Of a DNA stretch of 64,000 bases, positions 46,949 to 58,531 are shown one piece after another. This DNA comes from Pseudogymnoascus verrucosus. Its lineage: Eukaryota. Every line of letters begins with the position of its first letter. Within the stretch, counting starts at the first letter, position 1. The translations under genes and the position numbers were made by a program. The DNA lies in NCBI GenBank assembly GCA_001662655.1, contig KV460214.1. One strand, 5' to 3'. The notes below the pieces were generated by a model. It was not told the origin of the DNA. It made no database searches and worked only from the letters and a program-made list of their open reading frames with translations.

Positions 46949-49477
46949 ATGATGGTCTTTTTTATCAAATGTTTTCAGTTTTATAACACATTCTTATTCT
47001 GGCTATGGGCAATTAATCTGGCAGATGCTGCTCCAGACGCCGGACGCTCTTATACCCCGGTTGCCTATGCTATTGGCACCGGGCCAGTAATTGACGGCCT
47101 TGTGAAATATGCGGGCGAGCCACTGAAGCTGGACGCTGCAAACCCCGTCGTTACTCTCGACTATGGAGCAAACGTTGCTGGATTTCCCTTTGTTGAAGTC
47201 TCATCCGTTTCTGCATCTGGTGCCCAGATCGAACTGAAGTACTCTGAGCCATTTGGAGGTTTGAAGGAGCCATGGTCAAATGGACCCTTCTTGTACGTCA
47301 ACGGTCTTATGAATTCTTTCCGCACGGAGACCTTCAATGTCTCCACGGCCGGATCGACGACGTCTTTCTTCATTCAGGGTGGTCAGCGTTGGCAATCGAT
47401 AACTCTCCTATCGAAGGAGCCCATCACCATCAACGGCGTAGGCTTTAGAGCATCTGTCGATATCAGGCCACTCAATGAACTCCCCGGGGCATTCTCGACC
47501 TCGAATAACGTCCACGATGGAGTCTGGGGCCTTGGTGCCCGGTCTTTAGACCTGGCCTGTGTCGAGGCAAAGTCGCAACCTTCAACCTGGGAAGTCAGCA
47601 GCGAGGGAGCCCTGGTCCGCGGTCAGTATCCCGCCATTTCTCTGCGGGGTACTGGCTTTAAAAATTACGAGATGTCTTTCTCAACGAAGATCGTCACAGG
47701 CGGAGTGGGATGGAGAGTTGCTGCAGGTCCTAATGGCGGCTATGGGCCATATTTTGTCTTAAGCACTGGAGGACCCAAGCTTCTGAGCACATCTCCGCTA
47801 CAGTTGAAACCGAATAGTCTTATTGCCGGCTATGGATTCAGCATTATTAACCAGCAGCTGCTGCCTTCTGCGCCTGCTCAGAACTTCAATGTGCCGATGG
47901 ATTTGGCGGATAATGAGTGGTATCGCATTACTACGTCCATCACCTCTACGGGATACAATATCTCGATTAATGGGACACACGCCGCATTTGTTCCCGGCGA
48001 GCCCTTTAAGCCATACATCCACCCTGGCATTGGTACTTCTGCGCTCACAGATGGCACCTTTGGATTCGGACCCTTCTTGAACCAGGCAGCGTACTATAGA
48101 GACGTCGAGGTTATTGGTCAAGACGGCTCAGTACTCTACACCAACTCTCTCACGGGGGATGATGTCTACGAAGAATATGGGATAGCCATGAACCCCCGTG
48201 CTGTTTGCTTGGATGGGTCTGCGAGGGATCGAGAGATATGGATCGGTGATTTCGTGCACACGGCTCGGATGATTGCAGTCAGTACTGGCCGCTATGACTA
48301 TATCCAGAGCATGATCGACTTTGAATTCGACTGGCAGTTCCTGGATGGGCCTGGTGCAGGACTGGTTCCCATGCAAGCACCGATGGGAGTAGGGAAGCAG
48401 TACAGAGACATACTCTACCCATTGCAATTTGGCCAGACCGACTACCATTTCTTTTTCTTGGTTACTATCGGAGATTATTACACTCTGACAAACGACTTGG
48501 ATTTATTAAGCAAACACTGGAATGGAACGAAGTTCCTCGTCAAGACGCTTGTTTCTCGCTATCTCGACACCAAGACCAACCTCTTTGCAGCTCCCGATGC
48601 ATTCTGGTTCACAGCCCAGAACACACAGCACGCCACGGCCCCAACAGCATTATTCGTAATTGCCCTCAACAAGCTTGTTGAAATCGCCAAAGCCCTCAAA
48701 GATACCGAAACAGCTGATTACTACACAAGTCTCTCCAGGACCATCAGCAAAGCCGTAAACGACCAGCTATGGTCCAAAACCCTAGGCGCATACAGCATGT
48801 CCCTTGACCACCTAGGCGACACCGCCCTCCTCGCCACCGCCTTCACCATCCGCGCCGGAATAGCCAATACCACACAAGCCACAACTGGGATCCAAAAGCT
48901 GAGCGACCTCTTCTACCAAATCGGGTACAAAGACTCTACCGCAATCGGCAACGGCCCCGGCACCCAACTCTCACCCAACGTCCAGGGATTCTTGCTTGAA
49001 TCCCTATTCCTCGCACACACCCAGCTCAACGTCGCCGCTAGCGTCGTCGTCCCTGTGATCAAGGACCTGCTCGAAGTATACTGGCCGAAAATGCTCAACC
49101 AGAATCAGTTCCGCACAGGCTCATCATGGGAATATGTCTTCCCCGATGGCAGCCCAGGGATCGGGTTATTCACCAGCTTGAATCACCCCTGGGGCGGAGC
49201 GCCGACGTATGTTTACACGGACTTCATCTTGGGTGTAAGGAGGGAGAGGAATGCGGCGACGGGGGTGGTGGGGTGGGTGTTTGATCCGGTTTGGGAGGTT
49301 GTGGAGGGGTTGGGGTTGGAGTGGGCGAAGGGGAAGATGCCGTTGCCCGAGGGAGGGTGGATTGAGGCGAGTTGGACGGGGACGAAGGGGAGTACGCAGA
49401 TGGAAGTTAAGGCCCCTGGGGGGGTGGTGGTTGAGGTGAGGCAGAGGGATGGGTCGAAGAGGAGGGAGTTGGTGTAG
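46949..49477 (+). CDS. Secreted GH78-like alpha-L-rhamnosidase / six-hairpin glycosidase, intronless
   Basis: TLDYG, QGGQRW, CLDGSARDREIWIGD, SSWEY and SLNHPWGGAPT motifs; N-terminal hydrophobic signal. Confidence 0.8.
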   Translation: MMVFFIKCFQFYNTFLFWLWAINLADAAPDAGRSYTPVAYAIGTGPVIDGLVKYAGEPLKLDAANPVVTLDYGANVAGFPFVEVSSVSASGAQIELKYSEPFGGLKEPWSNGPFLYVNGLMNSFRTETFNVSTAGSTTSFFIQGGQRWQSITLLSKEPITINGVGFRASVDIRPLNELPGAFSTSNNVHDGVWGLGARSLDLACVEAKSQPSTWEVSSEGALVRGQYPAISLRGTGFKNYEMSFSTKIVTGGVGWRVAAGPNGGYGPYFVLSTGGPKLLSTSPLQLKPNSLIAGYGFSIINQQLLPSAPAQNFNVPMDLADNEWYRITTSITSTGYNISINGTHAAFVPGEPFKPYIHPGIGTSALTDGTFGFGPFLNQAAYYRDVEVIGQDGSVLYTNSLTGDDVYEEYGIAMNPRAVCLDGSARDREIWIGDFVHTARMIAVSTGRYDYIQSMIDFEFDWQFLDGPGAGLVPMQAPMGVGKQYRDILYPLQFGQTDYHFFFLVTIGDYYTLTNDLDLLSKHWNGTKFLVKTLVSRYLDTKTNLFAAPDAFWFTAQNTQHATAPTALFVIALNKLVEIAKALKDTETADYYTSLSRTISKAVNDQLWSKTLGAYSMSLDHLGDTALLATAFTIRAGIANTTQATTGIQKLSDLFYQIGYKDSTAIGNGPGTQLSPNVQGFLLESLFLAHTQLNVAASVVVPVIKDLLEVYWPKMLNQNQFRTGSSWEYVFPDGSPGIGLFTSLNHPWGGAPTYVYTDFILGVRRERNAATGVVGWVFDPVWEVVEGLGLEWAKGKMPLPEGGWIEASWTGTKGSTQMEVKAPGGVVVEVRQRDGSKRRELV

Positions 49478-49615
49478 TTGTGAATGATTTTGATAGTTGC
49501 TGCAAAGGTATTGGAGACGATTCTGGATGCACGATACGGGTTGACGAATGGAGCAAAATTATTTTTAGTTATATTTCAATGGGATCTCACACCTCTGCGT
49601 CGGCCAGATCTTGGC

Positions 49616-49743
49616 AACTGGTCCGCCACCACTCCTCGTGTTAATTTTTACAGTGCCTGTCCAGAATTCCATGCTGGAGGGTAACTGGTCGGCCACCACT
49701 CTGTTACAGTGTCTGTCTAAAACCCTGTACTGGAGGGTAACTG
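49616..49743 (+). repeat. Imperfect ~60-bp tandem duplication
   Basis: AACTGGTC(C/G)GCCACCACTC...TTACAGTG(C/T)CTGTC...CTGGAGGGTAACTG occurs twice. Confidence 0.65.
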
Positions 49744-49880
49744 TTAGCATAACAATCCTAATGAGTGACCCTCCAATATACGCCTACCTTCAGAGACCAA
49801 TAGTTGCCACACGGACCTTTAATGTCCATTAACTCAGATGCCCCGAGCCAGTAACCCACATACCGCACCCTGCCCCCAGC

Positions 49881-50084
49881 GTCTTAAAACCTTAAGATAT
49901 CATAGAGTGACTGCGGGGTAATACGACATCTCCGCACGGTTCCCAACCAAAAACCGCCGTTGCATGATTCAGCCCCCCTGCCATTCGAAGCTTCGACGAA
50001 TCGGCGGTTTTTGGGTTGACTATGGACGGGCATATTATATATCACCTTCCTACTCTATATCTCACGTAAATCGAGTCTTAAAAC
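49881..50084. mobile_element. Candidate degenerate MITE/foldback element
   Basis: Inner inverted repeat CAACCAAAAACCGCCG (49944-49959) / CGGCGGTTTTTGGGTTG (50002-50018), weaker outer arms, and flanking 10-bp direct repeats GTCTTAAAAC at 49881 and 50075. Confidence 0.4.
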
Positions 50085-51046
50085 TTCATAGCTACCTCCG
50101 TGCGTAAATACGTGCGTAAACGACAGTGAGTAGAGTCCCATCCTCGCCCTCTATCAGCTTATGTCAATCCAGTAGTATCACACAATCCATCTTCTACCCG
50201 CCCGGGTTACCAGATCATCACCCGGCACGATGCGATAATCGCGCTGCAGCAGAGTGAGATGTGATCAGCGAGCTGAGTTGCACATCATCAAGATAAACCT
50301 GTATCCCACCATTAGCGCCTAAGCGGAATCGCGGACGAGAGCGTCGATCATGGTCTTGGCGTCGGGGAATGGGGATGCCGATGGCCATGTTTATCTGCCG
50401 CGATGCCCGAGATGCAGGTGAGAAACCCGCAGAGATGGGATGATTAAGCTTGTATGAGAGAGAGATTGAGTTGAGTCTCTGTGTTTATTTGGGGGGTTTT
50501 AAGTGCTGTCAATTGCCGCTGTCATTTACGGTTATCCACGCGGGTGGCTTTACCAAGCTTCAACGCCACGATAACGACCTGCCGCCCAAGGCACTCGACC
50601 GGAAATCAGAGCCCACGGCGTTCTTTCTCCACTTGGCACGCACTGGATACGAAGTGTGGTGAAATACGATAAACGAAGTTATCAATATGCTGTACACGCT
50701 TACTTCAGCACGTTTACGTGGGATGAAACTTTGGAAATGTTCGGCGTTCCTGCGCATTGTCCGGATCTACGAGTAGGGCCGAGTCGGCGATGTCAGAGCG
50801 TTGCAGATCACTGTGATCATCGTCATGGCGAGGGTTTGACGTGTGGTTAAATGAAAAGTTAGTTCCGAAGAAGAAGCTGGTATCGCTAGGTGGCTATTAC
50901 GGCCGAATTGACTTGACGCTTGGAATCAGTATGGGAGTGGGGATTGAGGAGAGGTATAAAGATAGCTTCATCCCAACCTCTAAGTTCTGTTTGGAGTTCA
51001 ACTGAATCAGCTCCTACCTCCTGTATACCAATCTAAGCGTTTGAAA

Positions 51047-51845
51047 ATGGGCAAATTCACCTACGCAGCTCTCGCTGCACTGCTCGTCGCTACTGGGGAT
51101 GCTCAATCCAAGAACCCCGGCCTTGGGATAAACTCTCACGCCCAAGGAGCCACGGAGGAGGTAACACCGGGAGGGGGTCCAAACGGGTGAGCAGTTTCCA
51201 CGCCCAACTCCATCTCTTACCCTCAACTAACCTCCCCCCTCCAGCTCCGAAGACTGGCTCAACACCGGCCTGACTGGCAACGGCTGGGAACCACCCTACC
51301 TCAACCTCAACGACGTGATCCACATCTCTCGCCCCGACTTCTACTCCGGCGTCGGCTCGCGATGCCAACAATACGACAGCTACTTCCAAAAAGCCGGTGA
51401 CGGGCATGGCATCGACCCCGTAATCCTGGCCATCATCGCCATGCAAGAGTCCTCCTGCAACGCCGACGCAGGCGGCCCAACACCCGGCCTGATGCAAGTC
51501 TCGTGCGCCAACTACCCGAATGGAGTCTGCACGGACAGCATCCAGGATAACGTTGACGCCGGGGCGAATTACCTGCGCGGCCAGCTCGATGATGCGGGTG
51601 GGAATGCTGTGTCGGCGTTTGGGAAGTATAATGGCTGGTTCACAGCGGGGTTGGGGCTGAATGGGAATAGGGGGCTCACGACGGATTATCCGTGCTCGGC
51701 GGAGGGGAAGGCGAATGGGTGGCCGCAGAATTTGGATTATTTGCAGCAGGTGCTGAATGGGTGGTTGTTGGGGCTGGATGTGTATGGGGATGATAACTGG
51801 ATTGGCACGTATAACTGTGATCAGTCGTGTTCGAATGGGTGTTAG
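51047..51845 (+). CDS. Secreted GH23 / SLT lysozyme-like protein
   Basis: Signal peptide MGKFTYAALAALLVATGDA; intron 51187-51244; GPNG|SEDWLN.G...GW.PP; IAMQESSCN (catalytic Glu), GLMQV, N+.AGA.YL and YNGW. Confidence 0.85.
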
Positions 51846-52454
51846 AGGGTTTGCGGTGAAGACTGTTTATCAATTGTATCTACTGTACAGTACAGCATTG
51901 TCCAGTAGTAGAATATCTTTTGTTCTGTGGTAAAATGGATCTTGGATCGATGCTTGTTAAGGCTTCTTATCGAGGTTGAGTGCCATGTGGACGGGAGGGA
52001 CGTTGGATTGGACGGAGACGGGATCGATGCCGGAGCACGGAGCCTTGGTCCGATGCTTATTTATCCGGTACCTAGTATTTAAGGCACCGACTCCACTTCG
52101 CCATGGCACCATCGCGTACAAATAGCGCTGAAACCGCATAAACTCTACTAGAACAACAACGCCGATGGATCAAATATCATATCTTCTTCGCTTCAATTCT
52201 TCTTCATCTTTAGAATCACGGTACACTAATCGTGTCTATCTGCCGCTGCGATCCGTCGAAAATTCAGGAAAATAACCAGAATACCCATTTAAATTGCCCA
52301 GTACCAGTCTAATGCATAATGACTCGTTTACAATATGATCGTCAACAGCTAATTTCTGATATTCACATGTTTTCCCCCGTCCGAAGCCGCGGCATTTTTT
52401 GCAAGGTTCTTCCCCACATGCTCCAGTATTTGTTCCAGTACTACTCTAGTACGC

Positions 52455-52610
52455 CTAACCTGCTAAACTCCTCCTAAACTCTCCACTAACATCTCTCTAA
52501 ACCCCTCTAACTCGCCTCTAAACCCCTCTAACTCGCTTCTAAAACCCTCTAATCCCTCTAATCCCTCTAACTTCCCCTCTAAACTCCCCGTCTAACCTTC
52601 CTAACTCAAC
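52455..52610 (+). repeat. Degenerate (CCCTCTAA)n-like low-complexity repeat
   Basis: Many variants of CCCTCTAA(A/C/T) in tandem. Confidence 0.7.
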
Positions 52611-53146
52611 TCCGTACCTGCCGCAATCCTGGTTGATCGCATCTAACCCTTGCTCCTTCCCCCCCGCAAACGCTAAGCGCTTTTATGTCTTGTTTACACC
52701 TTCATCCCCGCCGATCGCCTGTCGTGTTTCCTCAAACTACGACGCTGCAAGCATAGTAAGCCCGCTGTCCCTGCTGCCGACTGCTTCTAAACCTTGGATC
52801 TTCCACTTTCCGCAATTATGGGTATTGTCATGCGGCCAATCGCAATGTCACCTCATCTTGTTCCCCCGCGATTGTGCCCTGCCCACATGCGATGATGATC
52901 GACTTTCCCACCTTCAACCCCCGGAGGAACTAGGCTCACGGACTCCGTCAGCGCGGCGAGGGGGAGAAAAAAGGGAAAGGATCCCATGTGCAAATGAGGG
53001 AGTAATAAAAGAGAGTATATAACCAATTCGTCCTCCCACCACCCATTCCTTCTTTTGCCCCTCTCCCGTAAGAAACCAACAAGCTTCAATCCATCCAAAC
53101 AAACCACCTTCACTTCCACCCTCAACCCCCCAACCAAACCGTCAAC

Positions 53147-53674
53147 ATGCGTTTCTCCATCCTCCCCATCGCCCTTCTGGCCACCACCGTCGTCGCTGAT
53201 GGCGCCTCCATCCTCGCCGCCATGGCCAAGATCTCCAGCGACACCTCCAAGCTCAACGCGACCATCTCTAACTTCCACGGCGGCCTGATTGGTCTCGGCG
53301 AGTCGATCCCCATCCTGATCCAGAGCACCACCCTTCTCCACGACATTAACCAGGGCACCAAGACCGCGACCGCCTCGGCCGAGCTCACCTTCGACGAGAC
53401 CATCCAGGTCGCCGGCGCCACCGCCGATCTTGTTAAGGGCGTCCAGTCCTCCCTCCAGACTATCGTCGATACCAAGCCCGAGTTCGATCAGCTGCTGGTT
53501 ATCAGCCCGGTTATCTTGATCAACCTTGAGCAGCAGAAGGCGGCGACGGATAAGTTCAGCAAGGCTGTTGTTGCGAAGCTGCCGGAGCAGTTCCGTGCTA
53601 TCGCTGAGAGCATCACTGCTCCTATTGATGTTGCTTTCGATGATGCTATTGCGAAGTACAAGAAGTTCTTCTAG
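53147..53674 (+). CDS. Hydrophobic surface binding protein A (HsbA) / Mp1-like secreted cell-wall protein
   Basis: 175 aa, signal peptide, amphipathic helical pattern; K..FD...V...L...K.....FS.A+..KLP...F..AI..Y is typical of HsbA. Confidence 0.8.
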   Translation: MRFSILPIALLATTVVADGASILAAMAKISSDTSKLNATISNFHGGLIGLGESIPILIQSTTLLHDINQGTKTATASAELTFDETIQVAGATADLVKGVQSSLQTIVDTKPEFDQLLVISPVILINLEQQKAATDKFSKAVVAKLPEQFRAIAESITAPIDVAFDDAIAKYKKFF

Positions 53675-54048
53675 ATGTAGAACGGGATGTTAATTTTTTG
53701 GGGGTGTTTCTTCGGAGGAGGGTTTGGTGAATGATTGGATGTTTTGAATATGAGGGGGAGTGGGATAGGGGTTGAGTTGGAAATATAATTCAATTTATTC
53801 ATCCTGCATATCTGATCTTTTTCACTTTAGTGTTGACTTTTGCGAATTGAGTTTAGATTATCAAGTAGCTAAAGGTAATACTTCCCACGATATTTAAGGT
53901 TTACCGAGAAAGGTGGAGATATCGATATCGGCGACTACGAGGGGAAGGTATCATATTCATCCCACTACTTATGGTCGGGAGCAATATATCCATGGGGGTA
54001 ATTACTTAGGTGTGTGTAGGACCACCACCAAGCTATCAAGGAACCGCG

Positions 54049-55652
54049 CCTCTGTCACCGTCACTGTCGTCACCACGCGGCATTCTCACCACTTCACTAT
54101 ATCACTGCGGTGCTTCTGTCACCGTGATGCTAGGCGATATGGGGAGAGCAGTGGAATCTTCTTTGGCTTCTCCTCATCCTTGCGGACGAGTGGCTTCATG
54201 AGATATCAGTCTTCCTTCCTTGAACTTTCAAGATCTCCAGGTCGACTTCGCTATTTTGCGCGCGTGAGATTCACGCCACTTCCGACTAGTTGTTTAGGAC
54301 GAGACTTGTGGTGCAATGTGCTCTATCTGCAGGATGTAACTGACTACGAAGTATAGTTCTATCCCATGCTTACATATGGGTCATCGGTTTCCATAATATA
54401 CTTTGTCTAAGGAATTGAAGTCATTTTTCGAGATGATTCAACTGCTCTTAAATGGCCCTCTCTCCCAGAAACAACTCGATACCACCCAACCAACGAATAT
54501 CCCAAGGACCAAACCCCTGACACAAGCGCTCTAACAGTCAGCAGAATCTACACATACAGCTGAATTCCTGGAATGGCATTTATTTCCAAGAACAGCCGAC
54601 GGCATTGAAGCCACGCACCTTCATTCCCAACAGCAGCCGGTGCCAGCTGAGCCAAGCAAAAATTTCAGTCATGCCCTCCCGGTACCTCTGCTGAATATAA
54701 CAGGTTCCGGCGGGCTGGAATCAAATATTACAACGGTGATACAATTAGAGATGTGGTGGAACATGTCCTCGGAGGCGCAGGAGATTGGGCGCGATCCGGA
54801 CGCCTGCCGATGGAAAACCTCATCTTCGTCGCTGCGTACACGTCCTCTGTCACCGTTACTGTCACCACCACATCGCGATATTCTCACCACTTCGCTCTCT
54901 CACTGCGACATTGTTGTCGCCGTGGGAGATTTTCACTACTTCCGACTGATTTTCCCTCAAATTACGAAGGGACGAGGCGACCAGGAAGTCCTCCAAATCG
55001 TCCCAGAGGATGTAGCCCAAGACCTCGATCTCATTGAAGAATTTGACCGCATTAGTTACGGCCTACGCGGTTCTGGGGTGTAAATCAGGATATATATATG
55101 TGTGTGTTTGTGATTCCCTTGTATCCCTTCGTCATACTCATATAACCTGCTCGTCTATCTATAGCTATTTACAGCGCCTGTGATAGGATGTACACAATTG
55201 AGTATTACATCCTTGGTTCGGTTCTCAACAGACATGTAAGTTAATCGTGCAGCAACTTCTCACAGACTTTCATGGCTATCATCCCTTTGGGCGTGACACA
55301 TCGTGACAACTCAAGACGTAACAGAGACTCCATCGAAAGAATGGAATGGACATCTCTGAGTCAAGTCAAACTTCGAACTTGATTTCGTATTATGAATATG
55401 AGAAAGATCATGTCAGAAGAAGATGCGAAGAGGGAAGATGAGAGGATTATCAACGCTGCATCTAAGGACCCTAGGTACAAAATTCTCACAAACCACCTCA
55501 TACTCAGATTCTCGAATATCATCGAAAGGGGCCCAGTGTGACGAGAAAAGTTATGATTCAAGAACGGCCGTCACTGTCACCCTCATGGGGGAAAATTCTC
55601 ACCGACTTTGGGCTCCCACCACTTCGCTCTCTCACTGTCGTTCTGTTGTCAC
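54049..55652 (+). repeat. Three dispersed ~80-bp degenerate direct repeats (54049-54126, 54844-54924, 55568-55652)
   Basis: Shared CCGT(C/T)ACTGTC...ATTCTCACC...CCACTTC(G/A)CT(C/A)T(C/A)TCACTG; copies are ~720-800 bp apart. Confidence 0.75.
54680..54830 (+). pseudogene. SNF2-like helicase C-terminal fragment
   Basis: VPLLNITGSGGL..ITTVIQLEMWWNMSSEAQEIGR, then frameshifted GRLPMENLIFV; shares WNMSSE.Q.IGR with the fragment at ~1200. Confidence 0.55.
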
Positions 55653-56837
55653 ATTAATGATCCGTTCGTCTCCTCTTTTCCATCTTCTGATATAATTTTG
55701 CCTTTCATCACTTGTACTACCCCGTCTTCGTCAACAAGGTCACATTAGTCTGACTAGAAATCAGTGCTTCCCTCGCTCTCCGTTTCAGAGGAATTGCTTG
55801 GATTATACTTGTTGTTAGGGTCGGGATCCACTGCGGATTATTCCTTTGATTATACGAGTATGTTTCAAAAACTTATATAATACAACATTTGTATTTTATA
55901 ACCTCGATCTCTTCCACCTTCTACGTCTATATTTATTTTCTTTGCTCCGCACCCCCAGGACCCCACCCCATCCTCTTTTACATACTTGAGATATATTGAT
56001 TTCTTTAAAAACGAGCGCCCACAACTCCGCCTCCGACAGCCATTCCAGCGATCCGCGACGACGCGGCCGTCGTAACCCACACAAACGTCTTGGCCGACAG
56101 CGCTCAGCGCAGGTGATAACAAGACAACCTCGACGACAGGTCAATCTCGACAGCAGGACGGCATTGACGACAGGATGGAGCGATGGCGAGAGAAACGACG
56201 GCAAGAAAATATCATGGCATATTCTTTTCGTGTTCTTAGACACCTTGAACCTACTTCCAACATGCATTGCACTTTCTGTATCCGTGTCCAACTTACCGCA
56301 ACGGAGACGGTGCACAACTCTGCATTCCACTCATTGATTCGATTCCTGACAGCTATCGCGGATGTCCAGAAGTAGTGCAAAAATACACGTTCTTCGTTGG
56401 AATGGTATACGGTTTCCTGTACGGCTTCCGAAAATTATCATTCCCTGGAGCAGAACATAGTGCTAGACGTTCACGGATCATTCAGCACCTTACTCCCAAT
56501 TTCACTCTCTGACGATTCATTGGGCCCATAGTCAGAATGAGAACATTCTTAGAAGCATCACAACAGTAGTAACATTGGCAAATTCAAGAATGTTACAGGC
56601 GAAATATGTATCATTGTGCCTATTTATCAAACTCGACTCTAACCCTCTTCAACCGCCGTAAACCCCAAAATAACAATCATATCTCAACATAAGCCGCTTC
56701 TTAGAATATATACAGACAGCAGAAGCTCTATTCCTATATACACCACTCCCTGCCAGTCCCCAAGGTCCGAATCTAACCACCATAGACGGTCTTCCTCGCC
56801 CCTACGTGCCCGACATGAAGCAATTGACTTTCTTTGC

Positions 56838-58444
56838 TTACAAGCACTGGGAGTACCAGTCGTTGCCGTAGGTGCAGGTGGAGCCGGCGACGCAAGTCTT
56901 TGGGCCAGTCCATCCGATACCACCACACTGTCCCCACTTGGGAGCAGTGCCGCCGCCAGTTGGTGGGGTGGTGCTCTGGGTAGGAGGGGCGGCGCTGGTG
57001 GTGGTGCCAGTGCCAGTGCCGGAGCCGGAGCCGTAGGTAGAGCCGATGGGGCCAACCTTGATGTTGGAGTAGGTGACGGAGGAGTTGGGGACGTTGGCCT
57101 CGACGTCGCTGGGGACACCGGAGGTGGTGGCGCAAGTACCACGCTTGGCACCGAGCTTGGTGGAGTCGGTGGGGAAGGTGCTGTCGAGCCAGAGCATGTT
57201 GGATGCATGGTCATCCCAGACGGACATGACGAGGACCATACCAGCCTTGAGGGCAGCGCCCATGTTGGCGAGGCCACCGTGCTTGGCGAAGTCGTTGGTG
57301 TCACCGAAGACGGACTTCTGGGCAGTGCAGAAATCGGTGGTGATCGAGTTGCCGCTGGTGCCGGCGATGGAGGAGACGGAGTTGGGGATGACGACACCGT
57401 TCTGGACGTAGAAGCGCTTGATGTCGGTGAGGGTACCGGTGGCGGTTCCGTCGTTGGTGATGAACTGGGTGACGACGGTGAACTTGGACTTGGTGTCGAC
57501 GGTCTTGCCTGGGCCGTAGAAGTTCAGGTTACCCTGGCGGTAAGGGTTGAAGTCGCATCCATCAGGATCGCAAGTTCCGGCGTAGCGGTCGTTGCTGTAG
57601 GTGCCACCGCAAGCATTGCCGGTGCACATGGTCTGGCCGGGGGTGTCGCAAGGGTGGGGAGTGTAGGCGTTCGAGATCGAGTTGGCCTCCCACAGGTCCA
57701 TCTCAGCACAGCACGAACCGTGGTTACCGATACCAGAGTTGGCATCGTTGGAAGACTTGGTCCATCCCTCAACGTTACCCTGGATATCTAGTTAGCAATC
57801 AAATCGATTTGTTATATGTGAGTTTCTCATACCTGGCCGCTGATGAACTTGAGATCACGGGGGCATTGGGAGTCGCAGTATCCCGTTCCGTACTTGGCAC
57901 CAGCCTTGTTGGTAGGGAACTTGGTCATTCCTCCGTCAGCATCCATGGAAACGAAGTACAGAGCTCCGTTCAGTCCACAGGGCAAGTTCGACACATCGAC
58001 ATCGAAGGTGAACTCCTTGCCGAGCACCTTGAACATCTCGTAGTTGCTGTCATCCTTCATCATGTACAGACGAGAGCCGATGTTTGTCTGGGCGGACTTG
58101 GTGACAAACTTCAGGGAAAGGGCGTTTCCGCTAGTCGTAGCACCGTAAGTGCCAGAGTAATCGGCTCCGTCCAGGGCGCAGTTGGCGGCACAGGTCTTGT
58201 CATCTGGGCAAAGGGTCGCGTCCCAAGTCTGTCCATCGTAACAGTTGGTTGATCCGCTGGTGGAGTGAACCCAACGCCAGTTGGCATCAATGACGACCTT
58301 TCCGTTGTTGGTAGTGCAGCTGCCTGGGGCAGTGCAAGTCTGCCAGGTCATGGAAGGGTGAGTTTCCGCGGTGAGAGTGCCGACCTGTTGGCCAGCCACA
58401 GCGGCTGCCAGAGCAGAAACGAGAAGGGCGCGTGGGTACATCAT
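56838..58444 (-). CDS. cbh1: GH7 cellobiohydrolase I with Gly/Thr linker and C-terminal CBM1
   Basis: Signal peptide + [24 protein letters not shown]; intron 57832-57780; catalytic EMDLWE; CBM1 [15 protein letters not shown]...YSQCL. Confidence 0.97.
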
Positions 58445-58523
58445 GATTGAAGTGAGCTGGAGAGTCTTGAGAGTTTGATACTGTGATGATGAGAGAAAGG
58501 AATTTGAGGTGGGATCGGGCACA

Positions 58524-58531
58524 GCTTTATA
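58524..58531 (-). promoter_or_regulatory. TATA box of cbh1
   Basis: TATAAA on the minus strand ~80 bp upstream of the ATG. Confidence 0.5.
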
